A stretch of DNA of 64,000 nucleotides from Yuukianura sp. NJ FZ-2021 (lineage: Eukaryota): positions 3,472,001 to 3,536,000 of the forward strand of contig CM102290.1 of the NCBI GenBank assembly GCA_046563655.1, read 5' to 3'. The position numbers and the translations under genes are program-made. Under the pieces are notes generated by a model, which was not told where the DNA came from, did no database searches, and saw only the letters and a list, made by a program, of their open reading frames with translations. This document shows positions 12,001 to 25,463 of the stretch, one piece after another; the stretch's first letter is position 1; every line of letters begins with the position of its first letter.

Positions 12001-14772
12001 TAGGATTGTGATTTGACAAATTAGGGAACAAATAAAGTTCAGGTCTTCAATCACCGTCTTTCTGTCGAAGGGATTAACATCCCCTAAGTATCCAAACTCT
12101 TTGATTTGATCCAAATGAGAAATCGCTGAGTTCTCAGAAACGGAAGTTTGGTAACTAAGGCACAACTTTCTAAGATTCTCAAAGACTCCGACTAAGGTAG
12201 TAGTACTTTCACTAGAGACTTCGTCCGTTTCAAATTAGTGGGAAAAGTTTTGAAAAGCGGGAAAGGAGCAGGAAAAGCTGTCAAAACGTTAGGTTTTAAT
12301 GAAGTTAGAGTTATGACGACGGGCTTTTACGACGACTCTCTCCCGTCTCCTTTCTCATCTTTTAACTTAACTGCCAATTTTAAGGAGGATTTAGACTTTT
12401 CAATTTAATCAAACACACTTCTCTGGCCCTTAGTAAGACGCAACCTTTCCAATTTTACATTTTGGAAACTCACAAGACTTACGTGACTACATTGGGAGAA
12501 AAAAGTTTGGTTTTTTAAGAAATGAAACCTGCTTTTAAAAAAAATTGGCATTGCGAGAAACTTTGTTAAGTCTGTGATCTGGAAGAAGTTTTTGGAGACA
12601 AAATAAAATTCAACATAAAGTGGATTTTATTTATCACTTTGTAGTTTTTTTTTCGTTGAAAAGTTTGATGAGATTAAACGTTGCGTAACGGACGAAACTT
12701 CTGTTGACATTTTAATTAAAATTTAACGAATTCAAGTTATTTTCTTTTGAAGTTGTTCGTTAGGAGCGATTGAAACAAAATTATGATATTAGTTGATTTT
12801 CTTTTTGCAATTAACACACTACGTTTGTAGTTTCAAAAGTTATGCAAACATTTACTATATTCGAGCAGATTTTAGAATATTTCGGGAAGTTCTTCATAAA
12901 ATTTAACAGCTCTAACAAGAATTTGAAAACTTAAGGTGAACGTTGTAGTTTGACGCGGAATTTTTTAATAAGATAGTAAACAGTAAACTATTTCAAAAAC
13001 TTTCTAATGAGCCCGCGAAATTTTCAAAATTTATTTTGCCCATTTTAAGGAGAAATGTCGTGACTTTTTTTTTTAAATTGTGCTTTGACGCGTACCCCGA
13101 ATCACGTCCTATTTCCAATTGGGACACGCACCGAACAGACTTTTGGGAATTGAAAAGTCCTTGGAATTATAAACTAAAGGGAACGGATTTCGAATACTTT
13201 ACGACTCCCTGTTACGACGCTTGTACGTTTCTGCCGCAGTCAATTTATTCCTATACGGAAAACACATTCGTCTCCTCGTTTAAAAAAAAGAAACACGATT
13301 TCGCTGGATCACCTTTCTATTTTTGGATTTTTGTGAGTCCTATCCACCACTTTGTATTGTTTTCAAATTCCAATTTTCCCTGTACATCAATTCAAATCAG
13401 AAAAGAGACAAGGACATTGTAAATCTCAAGATCCTAACCAAACCTTCTTGCTTTCTTTACAATCAATCACTTTCTAGTACGTAAGCGAGAACTGGAACAG
13501 AGGAGGATCATGACGCCACAGGGAAACGTAGTCCAGAAAACACTACTTTCAAAACTGATTTCAAACTTTTCCGCCTTTGTCCATTCATCTGACGACGTTT
13601 TGTTCGTGACATTCTCCATTTGCAATACCATTTTCCTTGTAGCTTTTTCAAAGCCTGTGGGTTTACTATTTTTCTTCTTGTTTCAACAGTAATCTTGGGC
13701 ATGGGACAGGAGATTTCGGTTTTTTCATCATGTTGGATCAAGGTGATTTCCCATGACGTTTCCATGGGAACGGAGTGCTTGTCATCAATCTAAATCAGAC
13801 GTGTTACGCTCTTTAGTATTTTGGTTTCGTTTGAGAATGAAAATTATAAGATTTAGCTCGGGTTCTTTTTAGATTTTTCAGCATCGAATTTTGAAAATTT
13901 GACGCATGTATGAAGGATTGAGCAATTCGCAAAATCATATGTTGGAATTAGGGGAAACTTTTAGTTGGAGTTGATCACTGCAGGGCGTGGTTGAAGCAAG
14001 CTCATCTTCTCTTTAATTTTTCATCTCGCTAATGCCTTTGTTTCTGTAGTTTCATGAATAATGTCAAAGGTCAACGACCTACTCAGCCGTAGGGGAAAAC
14101 AAATAGGTTTTTGTTACTATTTGAACTTTCCACATGAGTTGGATGGAGTGATGTAGCGAGTATGGATATTAAAATACTATTACTTTTGAACTTCATATTT
14201 TGGGAAGGAATGTTTTTTGGCAAATATTTCTCAACGCGAAGCAAACAGCCGGGAGGTCAAAGGGCCAAAACAAGTAAAATGTGGTTCCGGCTTCCTGCAG
14301 TGTAGAAGTGGACCAGAAATGAGGGCTGAGTGCCAAATAGCTAGAGGTCAGAAGGGGGAGAGAAGTTAATGTTGTCGGGGAAATTGTGGTTGATTGGGTG
14401 AAATGTACTTCGCACCTTGGAGGATATTGTGGAAGTATGTATTCAGTGAAGTATGATGGGAATAAGGGCTGGAAGGGCTTAAGGGTTCCTGGAAGTATTT
14501 GATTGTTAGGTCGATGGAGACATAAGAGTTCCAGGAAGTTCCTGGAAGAAAAGATACTGTTCTTTAGATTATATTGACAGCTTGTTGGGCCATCCCTAAG
14601 TCCAAGTCCCAGTAGTTCCCCTCCTATAAGCGTTGAGTCTTAAAGGCACGAGAGCTCTGGATGTTCCAATTACGACGTTCTAAACTCCCAGAAGGAGTTT
14701 AACAAATTAATTAGATCTAAGTTTCGTGTGGTAGTGAAAGCATTTTCACTCCCATTGTTCATTACTGTTGGC

Positions 14773-14904
14773 CAGTGTTGGTGGATGGATAAAATATTTC
14801 TTCCACTCTCCTCGAAAGTGGTGGATATATCCGGATTTTTATCCATTTATCCAGTGTATATATCCTGGACGAAATGCCAGAAAAGTGTATATCCAGCAAC
14901 ACTA
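14773..14904. mobile_element. Short TIR element remnant (possibly hAT-like MITE)
   Basis: Ends CAGTGTTGGTGGAT ... ATCCAGCAACACTA are near-inverted, with internal GGAT/ATCC subrepeats. No target-site duplication found. Confidence 0.45.
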
Positions 14905-14923
14905 GTTTCCGTAGACTACCTAA

Positions 14924-15288
14924 TAGGGCATGCAAGTCCGCACTTTGAGTTCGGACGCGTCCGGAAATACCTAAAAGTTCTTCTTGATGCAATCTAGGTA
15001 AGTCACAGAAATACCTAAAATTTCTTCTTGATGCAATCTAGCTAAGTCACAGAAATACCTAAAGCTAAGTCACAGATATACCTAAAATTTCTTCTTGAAG
15101 CTAGCTAAAATTGTTCAAAAGGCTTACGACAGTTAAATACACGAAAAAATGCTATAAACGCATAGCTGCAACTTGTAAGTATGTGTTTTTGGTATGGTGA
15201 AGTCCGAGTCCGGATCCGTCTGGACTTTGCGGACTTTGTGCCTTCGAAGTGCGGACCTTGAGAAAGTGGACCGGACTTCCATGCCCTA
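14924..15288. mobile_element. hAT-type MITE with 8-bp TSD
   Basis: TIRs TAGGGCATGCAAGTCCG ... CGGACTTCCATGCCCTA. Perfect 8-bp direct repeat CTACCTAA at 14916-14923 and 15289-15296. Internal ~44-bp tandem repeats (GAAATACCTAAAA.TT.TTCTTGATGCAATCTAG.TAAGTCACA). Confidence 0.85.
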
Positions 15289-15407
15289 CTACCTAACCTA
15301 TATCCACCATAAAAGCTATTTCGCTGACAGCTTCAGAAGCGTGTTTTAAGTTTAGAAATTTCTAAACCCATTTTTTAATTTTCGTTGTTTTTTATTTACA
15401 ATTCCAG

Positions 15408-18400
15408 GTGACGGGCGTGGTCGGTCGAGCAGAGCTACTAGCTGCCCTTGCATTTCTTTCAAGCCTTATCACCTTTGTGAAAGCCACGGTCAGCAAGCGG
15501 TGCACAGGTAAACTAACATTTTTCAAATTAAAAAATTAAACAGAATTTAGAAATTATCAAATTTTGAGTCTAACTAATATCGGAAGTCGGATAGGGTCGC
15601 AACTTGTAGATTTTGTGTTCTTGTGACTCACAAGTATTTTTTTAACAGATAATTCATCTTGACTAGAAAATTTTGGTTGAAAGCTTGGTGATGGGAAGAG
15701 ACGTTTTTGAAAAAAAAAGGAATCCTACAGAGAAGAAGACGCCTCAAATTTTGAACGTTCCAAATGGTTTTTGTAGTTTTTTAGTTTGGACATCATTAGA
15801 GCCTGTTTCACTTGGTGTAGGGAGAGACTAGATTGGTTCCGTTGGATTTCCGATTTTCTGGACGTGTTCTTGTGCTTCAAATGAAGGAAGTGCTAAAGGA
15901 AGAAAGTCGTTTGTGTGACCCCTCCATGGGGACTTGTGAATTTGTCTTGGGAAAGTGACGGAGGGGGAGATGTAATGACTTGTGGGAATAATTGAACCTG
16001 GGGGAAAGTCTATCTCTTCTGATCCAAATGATTTGTGTCTGACCAAAGACCGTGGACTTTTACCTCTTCCCCCTCCACACTTCCTCCCCAAGGACTTTGA
16101 ACTTCCCCTCCACATATGTCATTAAGGGTGGGGTGACCACAGGATTGAGTCGGATCATTTATTCCTTCTCTGCCCCCGTCTCGTCACCTGTCACGCCACA
16201 CTGCATTCTGTCCCTGGGGAAGCATTCTTAATCCTCCTCATCCGTAACGACCAGAAATGACCATCCAGCACAAATCACTAGGTTCACTTTCATCCTTAGG
16301 GTTCCACTTTAAGTATGGAAAAAAAACTTTCTCTTTTTTTCAAGTTTTGGATTTACCAAATTCTACAATTTCACATGCTCCGTGTTGACGCTGACGGCCG
16401 CTTTTTCAATTAACAAATTTTCCGTTTTTTTTTTTTTTGAGTTTGAATGACGAAATGAGAGAAAGTGGACCTTGTCTTTTCTGTCTCTCCTTTCATGAAG
16501 GACTTTTGGATTGACGCCGTTTGAGTTTTTATTTTGAAAGTTGCCGGTTGTAGTGTGTGAAAAGTCATTTTGTGGTGTAAGAAGAGATTTCCTGTCTTGG
16601 AAGGTTAGTTTGTTGGTGGTGGTGGATATTGGGCTTTCGAGAAAGTAGTGGTGAAAGTGTCAAGTTATTAATTAGATTTAGCTCAACTTGGATTTTATTC
16701 CTGTCAGCTTGTCTCTCTCAGTCGGCAGAAGACTTGGAATGGAACGGAGGAACTGACTTGGGTTTTGGCCAGAGCGGCGGCCTTGGAACTCCCGGGAATT
16801 GAACCCCCCATGTCAAAAGATCTTTCTGCCAAATGGAAAGAATGGCCTACAAAAAAAAAATAGGCAGCAAAACGCTTTCTTGTTAAAATGACAGAAAAAA
16901 TTTAGAACGTTTCGGTTGAACGTACTACCATGCCGTACGCAAAGTTATTCATCAGAAGTAGGGAAAAGATTTTTGGTAAGAAGCTTAGAGTTGTTGCAAA
17001 AAAAAATTGCCAATTGAGGCTGGCGATGATGATGATTGAACAAGTTTTTTTTTTGTGTCGAACTTCTCTTTCTGACCTCTCGAAATGACCTCGTGCATTC
17101 TCTTTCTTTTTTGTTTCGTGACTACAGACTGGGCACTGGTGATTCTATCGATGCTTCTTGCTCTCGTTGCCATGATGTGCAAAGAACCAGGCATTACTGT
17201 CCTTGGCGTTTCAGCAATCCATGAAATCTTTATTCTACAAAAGGTAAGGAAAGCCTACTTTCTCTATTGTTTTCTTTTCCATTGTTTTCTCTACTTTTTT
17301 TCTGCCTTTTCGTCTGTAGCTGAGACTCAAGGATTTTATTATGGTGCTTCAAACGGCACTCCGTGGGAAAGGTTCCCTTCCGCCTTGGGTTTCAACAGTG
17401 ACGCAGCGCCTCACTGCAATTGGTATCACGCTCCTCACGCTAGTTGTTGGACGCCTCTCTATTAATGGCTCACAACTTCCAGTCTTTACAAGGTAACGAA
17501 TCTCACCTTCATTGTGCCAATTTTTCAAAAAGAAAATGCTTCGTAAAACTAGACAATTTTCGTAGAGAAAATAGCGCAAAACTTGTAAGAAAAATACTAG
17601 CCTAAAAACATTCGTTTTTTCGAAGAGAGAAAGAGAAAAACCGGAGATTTTGGTTGTAACGTTTTTTTTTCTTCTGAAACTTTAAAAAAATTTTTTTTTT
17701 GAACGTTGAATAGAATTGTGAGATGAACTCAGACTCTGTTGAAATACTCTCCCAAGTGAGAACCTCATAAAAATTCAGTTTGAGGTCAAAAACTTAGAGA
17801 AGCGGGAGAGTAAGGTTGACAGTTGATGCGGAAGGTTGATGATGTCAAAAGAATTTTCCCTATTCACTTACACTCCTTTTTCTCGCATGGTTTTTTCCCT
17901 CTTGACACTTGAACAGTTTCTTTAAGAGAGAAGAAAGTTATGGATTTATTTTAATTTAATGTGTCACTCTTTCCAGTAACTGAAAAGTCCCCCTCCGTAC
18001 CACCACCACAACTTCTGCCAAAAAAAAATATATACGTTTTTTTGGCTTGTAGTTTTAAGGAGCAGAAAGCTCTAAATCGGTGGAGCAAACCAGAAGAAAA
18101 AGAAAAGAATAGAAAAGAGGAAAAAATCCTTCATTAGTTTCAAGATTTAAATCCGCTGGCGCACTTTTCGTTTTCCTTGGCTGCTCCCACTTTCACCGCA
18201 GTCAAAGTAAATGGAGAGAATGAAAAGAATGAAGAAAACTTACAAAATTGCGCGAGAACCTTCCATTTGAATTTCCCTCCCGCGCCTGTTCGCCCTTATT
18301 ATATTTCTTTTTCCTACGCTCATTTCCCCTGAGCGTTGATGCTTGGGCGAGTATATTTTCACTTCCGGATTTTTTTCTTTTTCAAAAAAAAATATAGAAA

Positions 18401-21400
18401 TGAAAAAGGACTCACACAAATCTACAAGTACGGAGGGGGGAAAATGTAGTTGAGACGCTTCCGCAGTCAGAAATTCCGTAACTGTCATGTCAGACTCCTA
18501 AAAAAACCATGAGGGGGGAAACTATTCAAAGAAATTTTATAAAATAAAATAAAAATGTGGGAGTTACTTAGTAACTTCATATTTGAAGATTTTTTAATTT
18601 TTTTTTTTTTGGCAATTTTGAAACAGATTTGACAATCCAGCCTCTGTGGCAGAGTCACCTGTGAAAGAATTAACTTACAATTATTTGGTAAGTCTCAACG
18701 CCTGGCTCCTCCTCTTTCCTTCAAATCTCTGCGTTGATTGGACGATGCAAAGCGTTCCGCTTGTAGAATCGTTACGAGATCCCCGGAATTTGGCAACAGT
18801 CGCCACATACACAGCTCTCGGCATCCTTGGCTTCCAGGCCATATTTAGACGAAGTGGTCGTCACTCCAATGTTCTCATTATGGTACGGAATTTAAATTTT
18901 AAAAATTCATTTGTTACGACTACGTCTGCATACGGTGGTAATATTTTTTTGAATTTTCTAACTTTCAGGGTCTTTCTCTTTTGGCCTTGCCGTTCCTACC
19001 TGCTTCAAATCTTTTCTTCCCGGTTGGATTTGTAGTTGCTGAACGGATTCTGTACATTCCTTCAATGGGCTTCTGTCTCATCGTCGCTTACGGATGGTTC
19101 CGGATCTACGCAGCTAATAAGTAAAGCGTTCTTCTTTACCTCTTTGCATTTCATTTCCTCCTGCGTCAGTTCCAGCGACGACGCAACTTTAGTCACAAAG
19201 GAACAGTAATCCTCACCCTGATCTCTCTCCTTCCGTTTGTAGGGCCTGGAGGAAATGGGCTTGGATGTGTTTGGCAGGCCTGTTGGCCATTCACTCCCTC
19301 AAAACTCACCTCCGCAACTACGACTGGGAGTCAGAGTACTCGGTTTTCATGGCTGGACTCAGGGTTAACCAACGGAATGCCAAACTCTGGAACAACGTAG
19401 GTCACTCTCTCGAGGGTCAAGGGAAGTACGCTGAGGCGCTCAAGTACTTCCAGAAGGCAGTGAGGTAAAAAAAAACACTTCTTTTTAGTGTACTTTTTTT
19501 TACCGCCATTGTTGTATAAGTTTTTTGGAGAATAAGTCTGAGCGAGTCAAAGTTTTGGAAGTGCCGTTCAACAAAGTTGAGCCAATTGAACCCTGACCTC
19601 TCTCTCTCTCTCTGAATCTCTTCTGTTGTTCCAGTCTAGAACACAAGGAGTTCCGCAAAACCTCTACTGATTGGTTCAGTTGTTAATAAATAAAAAAGGC
19701 TCAGAGGAAATTGGCACTTGGAGAAAGTTAACTTTCTCAATAAGTTAACTTCCTCCATGGTTTTTAAAAGTTGGAGGAGACAAAGGCTCAGCAGAGGAAG
19801 AAGAGGGTGAAAATGAGATAAATCAAGGAGATTCCCTCTTCTATTTCGGACCATAAATTTCTTCCACAACTTTTCTCCTTTTTTCAAAAGTATTTCCTGT
19901 GCGTCGTTGGATCGGAACACACTGCTTAGAAGTAGTAGTACTATGTAGTTGGGAACAATCCTAAGGATTGTGTGCCTGGTCCAAGTCGATGAATCCTTAG
20001 GATCGTGAAAGGTTTCGGGTGAAGTTGGTTGGTTAGTTTGGAAAGCATACCAAAGAAAAGAAAGATACCATAAATTGGAAAGCATTCTTTAAACAAATCC
20101 TTCCTCCCTTTGGCCCTAACTCTAATTTGGATTTTCATCAGTAGTTTTGGATGGAGAAAGTATTCTTGGATCTCTGGAAGAGCAGCAACAGACAATGATG
20201 CCCTGGGAAATTTCAACAAGGAACTTTTGGGTTGCTTCAGAATTCTCTCTGTCTAGAGCATCCATGCTTTCACCTGGGAAACCCCTTATCTCACTCTCCC
20301 TTTTGCTCCATATTCCTTGAGGATGAATTAATTTTTCCTCGCTTTCCCTCTATTGAAACCAAATCCCTTTGATTAAACCAAATTTAGTTTCACAAACCAA
20401 TTCAACAGGAAAAAAATTTTCGAGAAAGTCTCAGGAGAAACTCTTCTCCTCATTTTTAATTTTGGCAGGAATTAATCGAGAAGAATTTTTTGTGAGAAAA
20501 AATAAAAAATTATTCAAAACTCCGATTGTAGTCATCAACCACATAAAAGAATATTTTAAGAAAGAAATCAGAAATCCTTATTTAAAAAATGGACTCTAGT
20601 TACATTAGGCTTTGTTCAAACTTTTAATGTCCAATATGTTCAAAATTTTAGCTAATTTAATTTTCAAATTTTGTCGAACTTCATACTTGAATTTTGTTTG
20701 AACGCAGTGTCCAGACGGATGACATGGGAGCTCACATCAACGTTGGTCGAACTTACAATAACCTGAAAATGTACAAAGAGGCAGAAGAAGCTTATCGGTA
20801 CTAACCATTGATTAAGTGCAGAGTGTAATGGTCCATGTATTGAAAATTGACACTTGAATGCTTATGTTACGTCTAATGATCCAGGAAAGCCAAGTCCCTT
20901 CTACCGAAAGTAAAACCTGGTGAAAGTTATGAAGCCCGCATTGCTCCAGCTCACCTCAATGTCTTTCTCAACTTGGCCAACCTCATTTCCAAGAACGAAA
21001 CTAGACTTGAGGAAGCTGATCGTCTGTACCGAGAGGCCATAAGTATGAGAGCTGACTACACACAGGCGTACATCAATCGTGGAGACATTCTACTCAAAAT
21101 GAACAGGTCTCCTTTGTCAAAAGTGTTCAATTTAAAAAGGAATGGTTCGATTTTCAATTTTCTTTTTGCTCTAGAACGGAAGAGGCGTTGGAAGTGTACG
21201 GACGTGCCCTTACACATGATAACTACAATGCTGACATCTACTACAACGTAAGCTCTCTACGATCTTTAATAATTTTTGAGCATATTGTTTTCTATAATCG
21301 CTGTTTCTGTTGTCTCTAGTTGGGCGTGGTACACTTACAGCTGGAAAAACCACGGCAGGCTCTAGCATACTTTGATAAAGCTCTTGAAATTGAGCCAGAC

Positions 21401-22159
21401 CATCCGCAGGCGCTTCTCAACTCAGCAATCGTTTGGATTGAGACTGGGGACAACAATACTGTTGCTCGAGAACGACTTCTAACACTCATCGGTCGCGAGC
21501 CTACAAATGAACGAGCTCTATTTCACCTCGGAATGTTGGCGATGGATGAATTCGTGACGACGGAAGCTGAATACTACTTCCGACAAGCGATTCAAATCAA
21601 AGAAGACTTTCGAAGTGCTCTCTTCAATCTTGCCCTGCTTCTCTCTGATGCAGGACGCCCTCTAGAATCTATTCAGTTTCTCAATCAACTCATCAAATTT
21701 CATCCGGATCACGTCAAGGGCCTAATTCTCCTCGGGGACATACACATCAACACACTCAAGGATCTGGAAGTGGCTGAGTCCTGTTACAGACGCATTCTGT
21801 CAATTGATCCAGACAATGTCCAAGCCGTACATAACATGGGTGTCATCTTTTACCAAAAGAGTGACCTTGTAAGGGCTCAGGAATACTTTCTAAAAGCCTC
21901 TACACTTGCCCCACACGAGGACTACATTCAGAAGAATTTGAAAATTATTCGACAACGTATTGCTACTGTCATGGATCAAAAGAACTCTGGACAAAGAAGT
22001 GTCATGCAAAAGACTGACTTCCAGAAGAAATTCGTTCAGACGGGAGGGGGCGAAGTGAGACGCCTAACGTCTGACCCCACCCAACCCAATGACCTTGACT
22101 ACCCCACAGAGAATAATAGTAACAAAGACTGTGCCGCCGATGGAAAGTTATTTCACTAG
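15408..22159 (+). CDS. TMTC3: Protein O-mannosyltransferase TMTC3 (TM domain plus TPR repeats), 5'-partial
   Basis: Phase-consistent exons 15408-15507 ([11 protein letters not shown]), 17128-17243 (CKEPGITV), 17320-17492 (SQLPVFTR), 18627-18882 (FDNPA..LCVDWTM), 18969-19120 ([23 protein letters not shown]), 19243-19464, 20708-20797, 20885-21106 ([22 protein letters not shown]3-like), 21175-21247 and 21320-22159 (TPRs, stop). N-terminal exons (the DD..NDFWG..SHKSYRP..HTEA region) were not found in the window. Confidence 0.92.
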
Positions 22160-23912
22160 CATAACGTTGACGTTTGACCTACTCATGTGTAATAATACGT
22201 AACTCATTGCAGACATTTTTTGAAGGAACGGCTCTATTTTCTAGGACAAAAGAGAGTGGCTATTTTAAATTTTTTGCAAAGGTACATTGGACTTTTTCAG
22301 TCCAAACTGATGAGACGGAGGTGAAAGTAAAACGTAATGATGTAAAAACTTCGAAGTAATTTGTGAAATGTATAAACAGCCTGGTTCCACAGGTTTGTAT
22401 GTACGTTGATGTGTGCATGGCCCTACACTGTGAATGGTGCCTTCAGATTAATCGTATTTGGTCAATTGTTTTAGAAACCATGAACGTAAACATAACTTTA
22501 ACCGTAAAACACTAAAAACAAACACTAATTAACAACTTCTTCACTATGTTTGATTTAAGGAAAGGAAACGTACCTATCGTCTTCATAATATTACACACGA
22601 TACTCAAATACTTGCAACTAAAAGTTTGTTGTTATAATTTTTTAAACTGGCCTTACACGGCCTTCACGTAAACAATATCTTTACTACCCAAAACTTAGAA
22701 TGCTTTACGAAACGGAATTTCGGTTGCAAAAATTTTAGACAATGTTTCATTTGAAAATATGCCTAGTTTAGAAACCTTTAACTTAGCTCTTACGAAGTAA
22801 CAATTTTATTTCAGCAGCCGTGAGAGATTGTGATGTTCGGTCGTGATATGTACATTTAAAACACACACATAGAAACGTAACTTTTAATTTAAAATCTTAT
22901 GCTTGTGCGTTTACTTGGAAAACAGAAAGTTGAGCAATGTTACTTGATAGATTTTCGAGAATAACCCACTATAAATACATTAGTTTTTATGTAAGGAATT
23001 ATAAAACGTTTAACTCTAGCCATAAATCGTATAAGTTGAAGAAAGGAATGTAGCCAACTTTTGTAAAAATTGGAAGGCGTTGCATTCTTGCAAACATGTT
23101 CTCTCGGCCTCTAATGGAACTTGTACCATACTGAATTCTGGTGTTGGTATTTTAGTAAAGGGCATTACGAAAATATTCGAGTTCACTTGTTACGTTTAGA
23201 CTTATTTTTAGTTCCAGTTGCTTCTATTGTATGTTGTCTGCTTTAATTTGCGTCTCAAGTTGTAAACAATTGAAAATTGTCGTTATTACATCATGGGATT
23301 ATTAAGCTAGTTAAGTGTTAGTCGTAGCTCTATTGGTTAACGACGATTTTAGAGCCTGTGAACTTTAGCCGGCTTTATGTGAAACATGAAAAGTAGATTA
23401 TACGTTCACAAGAATTTTAGAATCTATAATTTATTAAATGTTAGAACTGTGGGTTGAATAATAGTGTTGAAAGGGGAGCGGTGGGTTAAAATGGACAAAA
23501 AATATTAAATTATTTAGATGTTACTCTTTAAGAGAGAAGGAAGTAAGGACCCAATTTGTTTATTTTAAATAAAACTGTCTAGTTTCTGACTACTGAACGC
23601 GACTCGTTGCCTTGTTCGGTTAACACAACAATAATTACAAAATCAGTTCCAAAACATAACGTCTGTACATAATTTATTTTTGTTCAAAATTTGGCGAAAT
23701 TGCGAAGGTTGTTGACGTTATTCGGAAATTTGCACGAGAAGATGTTGCACAGCATGAGGCAAACGCAGAAATCGCTGAAAAGTTGATCTTTTTTTTTAAT
23801 TTTCTAAAAAGGGATCATCCTCGAATCAAATTATTTCCATACAAATGTTTCAAAATTCAAAATTTCGAGAAAATTCATGACCCGAAAACGAAATGAGATG
23901 ACGAAGCGATCC

Positions 23913-24497
23913 AAAACTCCAAAATCGAACATCAAGTTTTTCGTCAAATTTTGAAAAAAACCATGGACTATAGTCCATGGATTTTTTCGAAATTTGGCCA
24001 AAATCTGAGGGTACCTTTTTAAAATTTCTTAAAATACTCCATATTTTTGTGAATTCAGGAGTGAAGAGTTTACCTCTCTATCGCTTTCCATTCCTGAGAT
24101 ATGAATTTTTAAAGTTTTTGAAAATCAAAATAAAATTTTGAAAATTTATATCTCAGGAACGGAAAGCGATAGAGACCTAATCTCTTCGCGAAAAACTTTC
24201 AATCAATATGAAGAATTTTTACAAATTTTCAAAACTCCAAAATCGAACATCAAGTTTTTCGTCAAATTTTGAAAAAAACCATGGACTATAGTCCATGGAT
24301 TTTTTCGAAATTTGGCCAAAATCTGAGGGTACCTTTTTAAAATTTCTTAAAATACTCCATATTTTTGTGAATTCAGGAGTGAAGAGTTTACCTCTCTATC
24401 GCTTTCCATTCCTGAGATATGAATTTTTAAAGTTTTTGAAAATTAAAACAAAATTTTGAAAATTTATATCTCAGGAACGGAAAGCTATAGAGACCTA
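23913..24497. repeat. Tandem ~318-bp repeat with internal palindromes; partial further copies at ~25304-25367 and 25465-25567
   Basis: The unit start AAAACTCCAAAATCGAACATCAAG occurs at 23913 and 24231 in near-identical copies. Each unit has the perfect 20-bp palindrome CCATGGACTATAGTCCATGG and an inverted pair CTCTATCGCTTTCCATTCCTGAGATAT / ATATCTCAGGAACGGAAAGCGATAGAG. Confidence 0.9.
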
Positions 24498-25463
24498 GGG
24501 ACTATTTCACCACTTTACATTTTTCACTTTTCAATAATCACTCCGCAGTTTTCAATTTTTGCAAATTGAGGATGAGGAGCGTTTCACCATAACAACAAGC
24601 TCCTCAAATTTCCTTCCGCAGTTTTCAACCTTTTTTTTGAAAAGTGAGGAAGAAAAACTGAGCAAAATGAAGAGTGATGAGTGATGACTCTTCATTTACG
24701 TCTCATAAATATGGATATTGCACTACTGCAAATCGAAACTGTAGGTCCAAGTAGAAATTGGTGACCGGGCATGGGTCACCGTCCGTTAGTGAACGTCCAT
24801 TAGTGACTGTCAATTGGAGACTATGAATTGGCGACCGTGGTTTAGTGACCGTCAATTAGGATATCGTCCCAACAGTGACCGTTACTCCTTAAGGTGACCT
24901 TCGAAACTCTCCATTTGCTCTATGTCAGGAACAATTCCCGGATCCTTATGGACAGTCACTTATGGAGCTATACAATTATGAACGGACCCTTATGCACACA
25001 GGAAGACTCCGTAGTTTCCCAAGGAGGATGTCCCCCGGGTCTGGGCAGGGGGTGTGTGTCAATTTGACTATATTTGTATAAAAAGCTTATTAGTAAGTCA
25101 ATTTCAATCGTTAATACAACATCTCATGACCAAACAGCTCAGTAATAGACGGTAACTCATAAGAATCAAGCACTTTTCATTCATTGAAGAAGCCCTCGAC
25201 CTTCTTCAAAAAAAAATTGAAAAGTGCAAAACTTTGCAAACCTTTTGTTGCCAAAGAAAAAGCAGTGAAACACTCTTCACGCTTTTTTAGTGAAAATTTC
25301 CTCAATCTGAGGGTACCTTTTTAAAATTTCTAAAAATACTCCATATTTTTGTGAATTCAGGAGTGAAGCGTTGTTATGGTGAAACACTCCACTCCTCAAT
25401 TTTCTCGAAAACATGAAAATTGAGGAGAAAAAAGTGCAAAATGAAAAGTGGTGAAATACACCC
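24498..25463. mobile_element. Non-autonomous TIR transposon inserted into the 318-bp repeat (TSD CTA or TA)
   Basis: Host motif AGAGACCTAATCTC is split as AGAGACCTA|GGGACTATTTCACCAC ... GTGGTGAAATACACCC|CTAATCTC. The ends are ~100-bp imperfect inverted repeats (…GTTTCACCATAACAAC / GTTGTTATGGTGAAAC…). Confidence 0.7.

Noticed and set aside
13036..13765. Several short ORFs that might be the missing TMTC3 5' exons
   Set aside because: Translations lack any TMTC motif and have low-complexity F/K-rich composition.
19636..20219. Minus-strand ORFs (149 and 92 aa) in a TMTC3 intron
   Set aside because: No recognisable domain or coherent exon chain.
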